Positions 10,221 through 20,462 of a DNA stretch of 64,000 nt are shown one piece after another (position 1 is the first letter of the stretch; each line of letters starts with the position of its first letter). The stretch is from Candidatus Dojkabacteria bacterium (GTDB lineage Bacteria; Patescibacteriota; Dojkabacteria; J137), in assembly GCA_025993875.1 (NCBI GenBank), contig JAMQHH010000001.1:2785-66784 (forward strand). Direction: 5' to 3'. The notes beneath the pieces are model-generated. The model was not told the origin of the DNA. It was given only the letters and a program-made list of their open reading frames with translations, and made no database searches. A program made the position numbers and the translations under genes.

Positions 10221-11018
10221 ATGTCTTCAGCAAAAACACGTTTTTTAATTTGGCTTACCCAAGCCAAGTTTGATTTAGATGCGGCTCAAAATTCTTTTAA
10301 CAATAAATTTTTTGAATGGACCTGTTATCAGTCAGTTCAGGCTGCCGAAAAAGTGTTAAAAGCAGTGTTAATTCATGCTGGTTCCAGGCCACCAAAAATC
10401 CATAAACTTGGTGTTCTTTTAAGTATGTGTAACCATGCAAACCCAGAGTTTAAAGTTGTTAGACTTAATTATAGAAAGTTGGAAACTTTTACATTTATTT
10501 CCAGATATCCATTTATTTTGCCGGGTACTTATAGCACAGTACCGCACGATCTAATTACCAAAGATGATGCTATAGCATGTATAAATATTGCCAGGGAGGT
10601 AATACAACAAGTTGAAGAGTTTTTGGGACAAAAAGAAGCATCAGATCAAGAAGCAATGGATATGGAAATTGTGTATTATACAAAAGAAGAGATAGATTCG
10701 AGAATAAATTCGTTAAAAGAACTTTTATCTTCAGATATTACACTGAATGCCAAAAAGATAATTTTATTCGGGAGTTTTGCCCGCGAAATTACAAGGCCAA
10801 GAACTTCGACAATGGATATTTTAATTATTGCGGATACTAAACTGCCTTTTATAGAAAGAATAAGTTATTTAAGAGAATTAACTAGAAATGAAGAGCCCAT
10901 TATTGAACCGCTTATTTATACCCCGGACGAATTTGATCTGATGATAAAAGAAGAAGGAGAAGGCTTTTTGGAGAGTGCAATAGACGAGGGCAGGGTGATT
11001 TGGGAAAAATCCGCATAA
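10221..11018 (+). CDS. fused HEPN - minimal nucleotidyltransferase (MNT) protein
   Basis: N-terminal half is HEPN-like (AAEKVLKAVLIHAGSRPPKIHKL, R-x4-H-like). C-terminal half has an NTase GS...D..D motif (KIILFGSFAREITRPRTSTMDILIIAD) with a KNTase-like helical tail. Confidence 0.6.
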   Translation: MSSAKTRFLIWLTQAKFDLDAAQNSFNNKFFEWTCYQSVQAAEKVLKAVLIHAGSRPPKIHKLGVLLSMCNHANPEFKVVRLNYRKLETFTFISRYPFILPGTYSTVPHDLITKDDAIACINIAREVIQQVEEFLGQKEASDQEAMDMEIVYYTKEEIDSRINSLKELLSSDITLNAKKIILFGSFAREITRPRTSTMDILIIADTKLPFIERISYLRELTRNEEPIIEPLIYTPDEFDLMIKEEGEGFLESAIDEGRVIWEKSA

Positions 11019-11094
11019 TAAACAAGCTTATTGTTTCATTTCTGCAAAAACTCCGCCTGTGTCTACCTTTTTTTCGGATAAGGGCTGGTAGTTT

Positions 11095-12669
11095 TTATTT
11101 TGCCTCGTCGTTTGCCCTAAATTCTCTTATTACATTTACTTTGATTACACCCGGGTAGCTTTGAGTTTCTTCTATTTCTTTGGCTACTTTGTATGCAATT
11201 GTTTTAGCATCTTCGTCGGAAGATTCTTCGGGTTTAAGAATAACTCTAACCTCTCTCCCGGCATGTATTGCAAAAGCTTCCTTAACGCCTTTGTGCTTGG
11301 TCGCTATCTCTTCCAGGGCTCTAACTCTTTTTACATATTCCTCATAGCTGTCTCGCCTTGCTCCTGGTCTTGCTCCCGAAATTGCATCGGCAATTCTAAC
11401 AATTTCGGCCTCAATGCATTTTGCTTCTTTATCAAAATGATGAGCTTCTATAGCGTTAATTAGCTTTTCGTCTTTATAGAACTTTTTAGCTATTTCGGCC
11501 GAAATATGGTGGTGCTGTTTTCCTTCTTCTGGTGCTACCTTACCGATATCGTGTAATAAACATGCAAGTTTAGAAACATTTACATCGGCACCAAGTTCTC
11601 TAGCTAAAAATTCACCAATCTTTACCATCTCTAGTGTATGTTTTACAAGATTCTGACCATAACTAAATCGGTATTTAAATCTTCCCAAAAGCATTACAAT
11701 TTCGTTGGGGAGATCGTTAAAGCCTGCTTGATATGCAATCTCTTCCCCAGTTTTTTTAATCTCTCTAAGAATATCTTTTTTTACTTTCTCAATTGTTTCT
11801 TCAATTGCTCCGGGATGTACACGCCCATCTCCTAGCAGTTTTCGCAAAGCTAGCGATGCTACCTCCCTTCTAATTGGATCAAAACTGGATATTGTTACCT
11901 GATTTGGAGCTTCGTCTATTATTAAATCTACACCTGTTAATTTTTCAAAGGTTCTAATATTTCGCCCATCTTTCCCGATTATTTTGCCCTTTAAGCTTTC
12001 ATCTTCGATTGTTAATGTGGTGGTGGTAGTTTCTGCAACATAATCTGTTGCAGCACTAAGCATAGACTCAACCAGTACCTGTTTTCCAAGCTCATCCGCT
12101 TTAAATTTTATCTCTGATTCAGCTTCTCTAATTTTCTTTGCTGCCCAGCCCGAAAGCTCTTTCTCGGTTTCCTCTTTTAAGGCGTTGGCAGCTTCCTGCC
12201 TGGTCATCTGAGCAATTTCTTCCAGTTTTTTATTTATCTTTTCTCGCGATTGGTTTAACTGGTTTTTTGTATTTTCAATTGATTTTTCCTTTTGCTCCAA
12301 AACATCATACCTTTTTTCCAGAGATTCCGTTCTTTCTAAAAGCTTTTTTTCTCTTTCGTTTAGAGATCTTTCCTGGTCCTTAAATTGGTCTCTCGATTTT
12401 CTAAGATTTTCCTGAATTTGTCCTTCAATCTCTAAAGCTTTTTTTTCGGCTTCCAAAATTATGTTTCTGGCAATTTGGCTTGCCTTTTCTACTGCTTCTT
12501 TTTCCGATAATGCTTTAAATTCGGTGCTTTTTCTAATTGCGTCTTCTATTATTGTTTTATTCTCGGCTTTAATCTTTTTAAGCTGAGCATTTTGGCTGTT
12601 TATAAAAAAACCTGCCCCTGCAATAAGCCCAACAAAAGCCAATATCACAAGTAGTGTTAAGATATCCAT
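11095..12669 (-). CDS. rny: ribonuclease Y
   Basis: N-terminal TM helix, a coiled-coil region, a KH domain (KIIGKDGRNIRTFEKLTGVDLIID) and an HD domain (LLHDIGK). Confidence 0.9.
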   Translation of the reverse strand: MDILTLLVILAFVGLIAGAGFFINSQNAQLKKIKAENKTIIEDAIRKSTEFKALSEKEAVEKASQIARNIILEAEKKALEIEGQIQENLRKSRDQFKDQERSLNEREKKLLERTESLEKRYDVLEQKEKSIENTKNQLNQSREKINKKLEEIAQMTRQEAANALKEETEKELSGWAAKKIREAESEIKFKADELGKQVLVESMLSAATDYVAETTTTTLTIEDESLKGKIIGKDGRNIRTFEKLTGVDLIIDEAPNQVTISSFDPIRREVASLALRKLLGDGRVHPGAIEETIEKVKKDILREIKKTGEEIAYQAGFNDLPNEIVMLLGRFKYRFSYGQNLVKHTLEMVKIGEFLARELGADVNVSKLACLLHDIGKVAPEEGKQHHHISAEIAKKFYKDEKLINAIEAHHFDKEAKCIEAEIVRIADAISGARPGARRDSYEEYVKRVRALEEIATKHKGVKEAFAIHAGREVRVILKPEESSDEDAKTIAYKVAKEIEETQSYPGVIKVNVIREFRANDEAK

Positions 12670-12892
12670 AGCTTTAATCTAAAATGTAATCTGAGAATGT
12701 TTTTACAAAGTTACGCAAGAAGAATATAAAAAGTTACAAACTTTACTTTATATTTTTATATCAGTTTTGTTTATTAATATTAAGTTTAATCCGATATAGC
12801 TCTTTTAAATCAATCTATTCTCCAACACGCTTTGCTTATAAAAAAACACTCTGCTAGATTATACCTTAAAAATTAAGATCTAGTCGAGCCGA

Positions 12893-14113
12893 TTATATCT
12901 TAAAAATTTTAATTAGGAGATCGACAATGCCACCTCTTTTTGGAGGTAATATAGCCGATGAGGGCTGATTTTTTTCTTTTTTCCCGTTATTTAAGGTATC
13001 TACTGACTGCCCCTTTGGTATAACTCCCTTTTGGGCAAGCAGAGTAGAGAGCTTTTTTATCTCTTCGTCCTTAAATTTTTGCGCTGAAGCCATATTTTGA
13101 GTTGTTCTCTCGGCGTCAAGTGCTGTTTGCTTGGAAGAATCAAGCTCGGATCTTAATCGTTTTATTTCTGTTTCCATTCCATCAAATTTCTGAGCTTTTT
13201 CAACCATTTTTTTAAACTCATCGCCATCTAAAAGTTTTTTTGTAAGGTCGGCTTCGGTTACTGCAGTGTTAAGATTAGTATTCATCTCTTGGGTTGTAGG
13301 TTCCCTCCCAAGAATTTTTAGGTATGTTGCTTTTATTACAGCCTTTCTTTGCTCTCGATCCATTGGCATTGGAGGGTTACTCCCACCGACTGTGTTTTTT
13401 GGTACAAAAGTCGACGGCTGTGGATTATATGTAGGAGAAGGAAGAGCACTACCAGAATTGAATCCAAAAGGATCGTTATTGGTCATTGTCCCAAAAGGAT
13501 CAAAGGCGGGTTTTTTTGACGGAATAATTTTGTTATTAGCCTGGGGATTAGCTTTTACCTCTTTTAGATACTCATCAATAGATTCCGCTAACGCTTTACC
13601 AATATTTTCCAGCCTGGAATCATCTTTTAAAATTACAATATCGGAAGGATTATCAATGTATAAAATCTCTATTGCTGTAGAAATTGTATTAGTTTGATTC
13701 AAAATAAGAAGGCTTGTCATTTCGTGGTCGTATTCACTTCTTGCGCCGTTATTAATAAAGCCGGTTTTGGTGCAAAGATGTTTTAATACAGATTCTGCAA
13801 GTCTTTGTGAATCGTTATCAACTGTAGAATTACCTCTAAACCACGATTCTACGCCGGTTTTTCCGCCATCGTTTACATGTATTTCTACAAAAATATCTCC
13901 ACTATCTTTAGAAAACCCTGAGTTATTAATCCAGCTAATTCTATCTGTTAAAGGTAAATCGAGAGGTACATCTTTATACTGGATATTTAGCCTGGCTAAG
14001 TGAGGTAAGGTTTTTGTTAGTATTTTTCTTGTAAGATCAGCTTCCCGCAGGTCACCGTAAACCTCTCCCGGATTTTCCAGCGTATGTGCTGCACCTATTA
14101 ATACTCTTGCCAT
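12893..14113 (-). CDS. N-acetylmuramoyl-L-alanine amidase (Amidase_3-like) with C-terminal coiled-coil/DUF4214-like region
   Basis: Amidase_3-like blocks (VLIGAAHTLENPG; FVEIHVND; SLLILNQTNTISTAIEILYIDNPSD). The N-terminus begins directly with the catalytic domain and shows no obvious signal peptide. Confidence 0.55.
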   Translation of the reverse strand: MARVLIGAAHTLENPGEVYGDLREADLTRKILTKTLPHLARLNIQYKDVPLDLPLTDRISWINNSGFSKDSGDIFVEIHVNDGGKTGVESWFRGNSTVDNDSQRLAESVLKHLCTKTGFINNGARSEYDHEMTSLLILNQTNTISTAIEILYIDNPSDIVILKDDSRLENIGKALAESIDEYLKEVKANPQANNKIIPSKKPAFDPFGTMTNNDPFGFNSGSALPSPTYNPQPSTFVPKNTVGGSNPPMPMDREQRKAVIKATYLKILGREPTTQEMNTNLNTAVTEADLTKKLLDGDEFKKMVEKAQKFDGMETEIKRLRSELDSSKQTALDAERTTQNMASAQKFKDEEIKKLSTLLAQKGVIPKGQSVDTLNNGKKEKNQPSSAILPPKRGGIVDLLIKIFKI

Positions 14114-14174
14114 ATAACGAAAAACTATAAGTAATTATACAAAATTTGAGAAAATTATGCAGAAGAATAGTACA

Positions 14175-15041
14175 CTAAAGAATACCAAGTTTGCTCATAA
14201 CGTTTTCGAGTTCTTTGTCACTGCTAAACGCAATCACTATTTTTCCTCCTTTTCGGGTTCTCGAGAGGGTTGTTTTTTGTCCAAAGCTGTCCTTGAGCTT
14301 ATTTTCGAGTTCTGTTGTGCGCTCGTCCACAATTCTCATGTTTCTTCTTTCCAGGGGCTTTTTCCCTTTGTTAAGCCTTCGAACAAGCTCTTCTACTGCT
14401 CTTACCGAGAGATTATCTCGAATTATTGTTTTATAGGCAGCAATTATGGTATCTTTCGAGTTTAACCCTAAAAGCGCCCTGGCATGCCCTTCTGTTACTT
14501 TTTCCTCCAGTAAAGCTCTTTTTAATTCATCCGGAAGCATTAAAAGCCTAATTTTGTTTGCAATAGCCGGCCTAGAAAGACCAATGCGTTTTGAAATCTG
14601 TTCAGGGGTTAAATTAAAAGTTTTTGTAAGCTGTTCAAACGCAAGCGCTTCTTCCAAAGGATTTAAATCTGCTCTTTGAACATTTTCTACTATTGCAAGT
14701 TCCAACATCTCTTGGGGAGAGGATTCTTTTACAACAACAGGCACATTTACTATTCCAGCCATTGTTGCAGCTCGCCACCTTCTTTCTCCGGCAATAAGTT
14801 CGTATTTCCCAGTTTTTTTATTCTTCGTAACCAATAAGGGTTCAATTACTCCGTGCTCCTTAATTGATCGAGCTAATTCTTCGAGCTTTTCTCTTTTTAT
14901 TTCTATTCTTGGTTGGTATGGGTTTGGAACAATATCTTTTGAGGATAAGTTTGGAATATAACCGGATTCGCTGCCTTCCGTAAACTCGGGTTTCCCAATT
15001 AATGCCGATAAACCTTTTCCTAATCCAGAGTTTTTTGCCAT
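14175..15041 (-). CDS. parB: chromosome partitioning protein ParB/Spo0J
   Basis: GLGKGLSALI, IVPNPYQPR and the LIAGERRWRAA ParB box. An HTH region is present. Confidence 0.9.
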   Translation of the reverse strand: MAKNSGLGKGLSALIGKPEFTEGSESGYIPNLSSKDIVPNPYQPRIEIKREKLEELARSIKEHGVIEPLLVTKNKKTGKYELIAGERRWRAATMAGIVNVPVVVKESSPQEMLELAIVENVQRADLNPLEEALAFEQLTKTFNLTPEQISKRIGLSRPAIANKIRLLMLPDELKRALLEEKVTEGHARALLGLNSKDTIIAAYKTIIRDNLSVRAVEELVRRLNKGKKPLERRNMRIVDERTTELENKLKDSFGQKTTLSRTRKGGKIVIAFSSDKELENVMSKLGIL

Positions 15042-15059
15042 ATTAAAAATAATATATTA

Positions 15060-15857
15060 TTAATCTTTTTTGTGCAAACCAGGGCGTTTTAGCGCCGGAG
15101 CACTTCCAAATTTTTCAATTATCTCTTGGGCTAATAATCTATAAGAAACAGCCCCCACCGACGATGGCGCATATTCGTGTATTGTTAGTCCTCTAGATGG
15201 GGCTTCTGATAATTTAACGTTTCTGGGAATCATTGTTTTAAACATTCTATCTTTAAAAAACTCTTCAATTTCTTTTCCAACATCTTTACTCAAATTGGTG
15301 CGGCCGTCGAACATTGTTATAATCACTCCACCTATATCGAGCTCGATGTTCAGGTTAGATTTTATAAGTCTAATTGTATTTACAAGTTGCCCAAGTCCTT
15401 CGAGCGCAAAATATTCTGCCTGCACAGGGATTAATACTCTATCGGCCGATACTAAACCATTAACAGTTAATAATCCAAGTGAAGGAGGGCAGTCTATTAA
15501 AATATAATCGTAATCTTTATAGACTTTTTCCAAACCTCTTTTTAATATTGTTTCGCGGGATAAAGTGTTTACCAATTCGACCTCAGCGCCTGCTAATTCA
15601 ATACTTGCCGGTATAATATCGAGATTATTTACCCGAGTTTTTAGCACTGTTTCGGATAGTTCTGAGTCTCCAGTTAAAAAACTATATATCGATCCATTTT
15701 CATTCTGAGAAAACCCAAGCCCGGAGGTCAAATTTGATTGCGGGTCAATATCTACAAGTAAAACTTTACTTCCACCCAATGCAATATACGTGCCGATATT
15801 TATAACGCTTGTTGTTTTTCCCACACCTCCCTTTTGATTAGTTATTGCAATTATCAA
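15060..15857 (-). CDS. parA: chromosome partitioning ATPase ParA/Soj
   Basis: Deviant Walker A IAITNQKGGVGKTT. Adjacent to parB. Confidence 0.9.
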   Translation of the reverse strand: MIIAITNQKGGVGKTTSVINIGTYIALGGSKVLLVDIDPQSNLTSGLGFSQNENGSIYSFLTGDSELSETVLKTRVNNLDIIPASIELAGAEVELVNTLSRETILKRGLEKVYKDYDYILIDCPPSLGLLTVNGLVSADRVLIPVQAEYFALEGLGQLVNTIRLIKSNLNIELDIGGVIITMFDGRTNLSKDVGKEIEEFFKDRMFKTMIPRNVKLSEAPSRGLTIHEYAPSSVGAVSYRLLAQEIIEKFGSAPALKRPGLHKKD

Positions 15858-16456
15858 TTGTATTCGGGGGTAACAATTAGTGAAATTTTGTTTAAAGGCC
15901 AGTATCTTAAAAGAGCTTTACCTTTTATCCAGCCTTTTTCTATAAAACCTATATCGGTGTATCTAGAATCGTGGCTGTTATTACGGTTATCACCCATTAC
16001 AAAATAATCACCTTCGGGAATTGTTTTTTCTACCCCCTCTTCTAAAAATGACCCTCCATTTGTTTTAATTTCAGAAGAGATATAATCTTCGGTAATCAGA
16101 TTTTCGTTTATATAGACTTTTCCATTTCTAAGCATTATAGTTTCACCCGGCAGTCCAATTATCCTTTTTATAAGATCTTTATATCCCGGTTTTTGAAAAA
16201 CTATTACGTCGCCCCTGTTATATCCCAGCCCAATAGATTTGCCAAACAAAGTGTCGCCCAGCCATAAAGATATTTTATTGGTTAAGATTATTTGACCGTT
16301 TTCGAAAGTCGGATTCATCGAAATCCCGTCTATCTGGTTAGGTGTAGCAATAAAAATATATACAAAAACACAAATGGCAATAGCTACAACAACAGATTGC
16401 AGAAACTCTACAAAGGGATTAATTTTTTTTGTTGTCGCGTCCGAGCTTGTATTCAT
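15854..16456 (-). CDS. lepB: signal peptidase I
   Basis: GISMNPTF (catalytic Ser), RIIGLPGE, and the GDNRNNSHDSRY box. N-terminal TM anchor. Confidence 0.85.
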   Translation of the reverse strand: MNTSSDATTKKINPFVEFLQSVVVAIAICVFVYIFIATPNQIDGISMNPTFENGQIILTNKISLWLGDTLFGKSIGLGYNRGDVIVFQKPGYKDLIKRIIGLPGETIMLRNGKVYINENLITEDYISSEIKTNGGSFLEEGVEKTIPEGDYFVMGDNRNNSHDSRYTDIGFIEKGWIKGKALLRYWPLNKISLIVTPEYN

Positions 16457-19431
16457 TAAGTTCTGTTAAGTTTTAGTTTAATACCGCTATTGCCTAGTTT
16501 GGCTTCCGAGATATCGCTATCAAAGCTCTGCATTATCTTTAGATCGATTAGTCCTGTTTTCTCTTTTATTTCATTCTCAAACTTTATTATTGCAGCCCTT
16601 ATCATTTCATCCTCTGTAAAATATTCTGCAATAACAGATTCACCCTGAATAAATTTTCTATTTTTTCTCTCCGCTTGGATTACCCTTATTATCTCTCTTA
16701 AAAGCCCCTTTTCGGCTAATTCCTGGGTAATTTCGATGTTTAATCCAACTTTGATTTTTTGAGCCAAATCTTCTGCTACTTCCAGTTTATCACCCTTTAA
16801 TATATTTTGAGAATTGGCTACCGTTAAAACGTTTAATTCTTTGGAAATCAGCTCTTCCATCCACGGTGCCAGAGCAGGGAGATTAGGATTAGTGCTTTCA
16901 ACCAATAGCTCCGACAATGGTTGCCTTACTTTTAATTGCTTTTGCGTTCGTATAGAATGGCCCAATTCGCAAATACTTTGTATAACTTTCATTTCAGCTT
17001 CCATATTGGAATACTGGTCTAAAAATTTTGCATCGAATTTTGGATAATCGCAAAGGTGGATAGATATTGGGATGTTTGTACCGTGCTTTCCCGCAAGCTC
17101 GCCATAAATATATTCGGTTATAAATGGAACAAAGGGAGCTGCAAGCTTTAAAATCTCTATAATTACATAATACAGTGTTGATAGTGCATCTATATCTCCC
17201 TCTGCAAATCTATCTCGGGATCTTCGAATATACCATTTCGATAAACTGTCTAAAAATTCTTTGATTGTTCTTCCTGCTCTGGGAATCTCAAAATTTTCCA
17301 TATACAGGGAGCACTCCTTTATTGTTTTTTGCAGCATTACTAAAATCCATGCATCAAGCTCATCATCGATATCATCAAAAGGTATGTGGTCCCATGGATG
17401 ATCATCGGAGTTCTTTCGTGCGTTTCCAGCTAACGATTCGTCGAATTCAAAATTATGTAAGTTAGCATATGTTACAAAAAATGAATAAATATTCCAAAGA
17501 GGAATCATAAACTCCTGAGCATAAATTTTTAGGCTTTTAGTACTTACTGTTGCATCCTCTCCACCCGCAATCGGGGATAAAAAGAAGTTTAAACGAACTG
17601 TGTCGGCGCCAAATTCCTTTATTAAAATCTCTGGCTCAACGTAGTTTTTTTTGCTTTTGCTTAACTTTGCCCCATCGTCTGCTAAAATTGTCCCGTTTAC
17701 TACAACGTTTTTGTATGGTTCTTTGTTAAATAAAGCAGTAGAAATTGCTAAAAGAGAGTAGAACCAGCCTCGGGTTTGATCCACACCTTCGGCAATGTAT
17801 TCGGCAGGAAATTTTTTTTCGAACTTCTCTTTGTTTTCAAAGGGATAGTGAAACCTAGCAAATGGCATTGCTCCCGAATCGTACCATACATCTATAACAT
17901 CTGGAACACGAGAGTAAAATTCACCATCGTGCTCAAAAGTAATATCATCTACATAAGGTTTGTGTGGATCGGTAATCTCTTTTCCTGAATAACCTTTAAG
18001 TTCCTCAAATGAACCAATTACAATTACCTTGCCGCTTTGAGATTTCCATATAGGTAAGGGCGTACCCCAGTATCTGGACCTGGAAATCCCCCAATCTTTT
18101 ATTTCGGCAAGCCAGTTACCAAATCTACCTTCTTTTATATGTTTGGGAGACCAATTAATTCTGGAATTATTTTCTACTAATTGGCTTCGTAGACTACTCA
18201 TTTTAATGTACCAGGATGTTATTGGCTTATAAATAAGTGGAGTGTTTGTTCTCCAGCACATAGGCATATCGTGAGTATAGTCTTCGTGTTTAAATAATCT
18301 TCCTATGTTTTTTAAATCTTCAATAATCTTTGAATTTGCCTCTCTATAATTCAATCCATGGTATGCTGGTATTTTTACGGTAAAATCTCCCTGATCGTCC
18401 AATACATCTATGGAAACAATACCAATCTCTTTAAATATTTCGTTATCCTCTTCCCCATATGGAGCCAAATGAACAATCCCTGTGCCATTTTCGGTGTTAA
18501 CATGAAATCCTTCTACAATTACAAAGCAATTTTTTTTGCCTTCAAAAAAATTAAATAATGGAATGTATTTTTTTCCGATTAATTCAGAAATATTGATATT
18601 TCTTTCTATTGAATAATCATGACCTGAAAAAATTTGTTCTACCAGTTTACTTGCAACAATATATTTTTTTCCTGTAGTTTTTTCTAAAACTACAACATAT
18701 TCAATCTCTTTCCCCAATGCTAGGGCAAAATTAGTTGGCAGTGTCCATGGAGTAGTGGTCCAGGCTAAAAGCGATGTGCTTGGATCGTCTGCTAAAGGAA
18801 ACTCTACAGTAACGCCGGGATCGGTAAAACTCTTATATCCGCCCAGTGCCACTTCGGCATTAGATAGGGTTGTTCCGGCTCTTGTAGAGTAGGGCACCAC
18901 TTTAAAACCCTCGTATAAAAGACCTTTACTGTAAATTTCCTTTAAAGACCACCAAATTGACTCTATGTAATTTTTATCCATGGTGGCGTATTCCTCTTCG
19001 CTATTTGTTAGCCTGCCAATTAACTCCTCAAGTTCAACAATTTTTCCTCTTCTTTCTATAACCAATTCTTTGCACATTTGATTAAATTTTTCGACCCCAA
19101 GTTCTTCTATATCCCTTTTTTCTTTAAATCCAAGATTTTTTTCAATTTCGTATTCGACCGGCAAGCCCTGGCAGTCCCATCCTAAACTTCGTGAAACTTT
19201 ATAGCCCTGCATTGTCCAAAATCGAGGGTAAAGATCTTTCATCGAAAAGGTTAGAGCATGGCCAATATGAGGGTCACCATTTGCAGTTATTGGACCATCG
19301 TAAAATGTCTTGGTGTTTTCTCCGCTACGGTTTTCAATAGATTTTTTGAGAATAGTGTTTTCTTTCCACCATTTTAGTATCTCACTTTCGAGTTCAGAAA
19401 ATTTTGGTTGAGCTACAGGCTTTGTGAACAT
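16456..19431 (-). CDS. ileS: isoleucyl-tRNA synthetase
   Basis: HIGH motif PITANGDPHIGHALT and WDCQGLPVE. KMSKS-like KLSKSKKN. About 990 aa. The start is taken at MFTKPVAQPKF; the ORF-track N-terminal extension is rejected. Confidence 0.85.
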   Translation of the reverse strand: MFTKPVAQPKFSELESEILKWWKENTILKKSIENRSGENTKTFYDGPITANGDPHIGHALTFSMKDLYPRFWTMQGYKVSRSLGWDCQGLPVEYEIEKNLGFKEKRDIEELGVEKFNQMCKELVIERRGKIVELEELIGRLTNSEEEYATMDKNYIESIWWSLKEIYSKGLLYEGFKVVPYSTRAGTTLSNAEVALGGYKSFTDPGVTVEFPLADDPSTSLLAWTTTPWTLPTNFALALGKEIEYVVVLEKTTGKKYIVASKLVEQIFSGHDYSIERNINISELIGKKYIPLFNFFEGKKNCFVIVEGFHVNTENGTGIVHLAPYGEEDNEIFKEIGIVSIDVLDDQGDFTVKIPAYHGLNYREANSKIIEDLKNIGRLFKHEDYTHDMPMCWRTNTPLIYKPITSWYIKMSSLRSQLVENNSRINWSPKHIKEGRFGNWLAEIKDWGISRSRYWGTPLPIWKSQSGKVIVIGSFEELKGYSGKEITDPHKPYVDDITFEHDGEFYSRVPDVIDVWYDSGAMPFARFHYPFENKEKFEKKFPAEYIAEGVDQTRGWFYSLLAISTALFNKEPYKNVVVNGTILADDGAKLSKSKKNYVEPEILIKEFGADTVRLNFFLSPIAGGEDATVSTKSLKIYAQEFMIPLWNIYSFFVTYANLHNFEFDESLAGNARKNSDDHPWDHIPFDDIDDELDAWILVMLQKTIKECSLYMENFEIPRAGRTIKEFLDSLSKWYIRRSRDRFAEGDIDALSTLYYVIIEILKLAAPFVPFITEYIYGELAGKHGTNIPISIHLCDYPKFDAKFLDQYSNMEAEMKVIQSICELGHSIRTQKQLKVRQPLSELLVESTNPNLPALAPWMEELISKELNVLTVANSQNILKGDKLEVAEDLAQKIKVGLNIEITQELAEKGLLREIIRVIQAERKNRKFIQGESVIAEYFTEDEMIRAAIIKFENEIKEKTGLIDLKIMQSFDSDISEAKLGNSGIKLKLNRT

Positions 19432-19514
19432 AAATATGGTATTAAAATTTATCAATACTAAGGATTTTACATTGTATTTATTAAATTTAAAACAGCTTTG
19501 AGTTAAAATTAAGT

Positions 19515-20462
19515 GTGGAAGAAAGAAAATACAAAACAATTTTTATAGGAACAGGTGAATTTGCTGTAGCTCCGCTAAAAAAATTATTGGAGCTACCTTT
19601 TATCGAGCTTTTAGGTGTAATAACTCAACCCGATAAGCCTGCAGGCAGGAAAATGGTTTTGCAACCATCTCCTGTTAAAAAATTTTTCTTAACTCTTTCT
19701 CATTCTTCCTCGATTAGAATTTTACAGCCGGAACATATTTTAGAAATCAAAAATAGTGATTTTATTATTAATAAAGATATGGATCTTTTTATAGTTGCAT
19801 CTTACGGGCAGATAATTCCTGATGATATTTTAAAAATCCCCAAATTCCCGGCACTTAATTTGCATGGGTCTTTATTGCCTGTTTTAAGAGGGGCTGTTCC
19901 AGTTAATAAAGCAATATTAGAAGGTCTTTCGGAAACGGGAGTAACACTTCAAATTATGTCGAGTAAGATGGATGCAGGCGATATTATAAGCCAAAAAAAA
20001 GTAGAGCTTAAGGGAACAGAAAGAACCCCCGAACTTATGGCGACTTTATCCCAAAAAGCAGCAGAAATTTTACAGGAGGATCTGCTTAAATTTTTAGAAG
20101 GTAAATTAACTCCGGTCGCGCAAGACAGTTTTAAGGCAACATTTTGCTTTAAAACCGATATTGAAAAAGAAAAATCAGAAGTAAAATTTGATACGTCCGT
20201 TACTACCGCCGAAAGAATGGTTAGAGCTTTACTTAACTGGCCGGTTGCCAGAATAAAACTAAAAGATGGAAAGATTTTAAAAATTTATAATGCTGAGATT
20301 GAAAAATCTAATAGTACTAATACAGATTTTAAAATATATAGGGCCGGCTCAAAACTTTTATTGGATCTATTTGATGGAACGTTAAATCTTTTAGAAGTTC
20401 AACTGGAAGGCAAAAGAAAAGATGTTGCAAAAAATTATTATTTTCTTGATGGAATGCTTTAG
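19515..20462 (+). CDS. fmt: methionyl-tRNA formyltransferase
   Basis: N-terminal formyltransferase fold (IFIGTGEFAVAPLKKL; NLHGSLLPVLRGAVPVNKAILEG) plus a C-terminal Fmt domain. Divergent from ileS. Confidence 0.8.
   Translation: MEERKYKTIFIGTGEFAVAPLKKLLELPFIELLGVITQPDKPAGRKMVLQPSPVKKFFLTLSHSSSIRILQPEHILEIKNSDFIINKDMDLFIVASYGQIIPDDILKIPKFPALNLHGSLLPVLRGAVPVNKAILEGLSETGVTLQIMSSKMDAGDIISQKKVELKGTERTPELMATLSQKAAEILQEDLLKFLEGKLTPVAQDSFKATFCFKTDIEKEKSEVKFDTSVTTAERMVRALLNWPVARIKLKDGKILKIYNAEIEKSNSTNTDFKIYRAGSKLLLDLFDGTLNLLEVQLEGKRKDVAKNYYFLDGML

Noticed and set aside
12138-12383. Plus-strand ORF 12138-12383 with proline-rich translation inside rny.
   Set aside because: Antisense to the RNase Y coiled-coil region. 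It is an artefact.
19432-19539. N-terminal extension of ileS (MFCIFFLPHLILTQSCF...).
   Set aside because: Hydrophobic non-homologous extension overlapping the divergent fmt start. The internal Met at 19431 gives a canonical IleS N-terminus.
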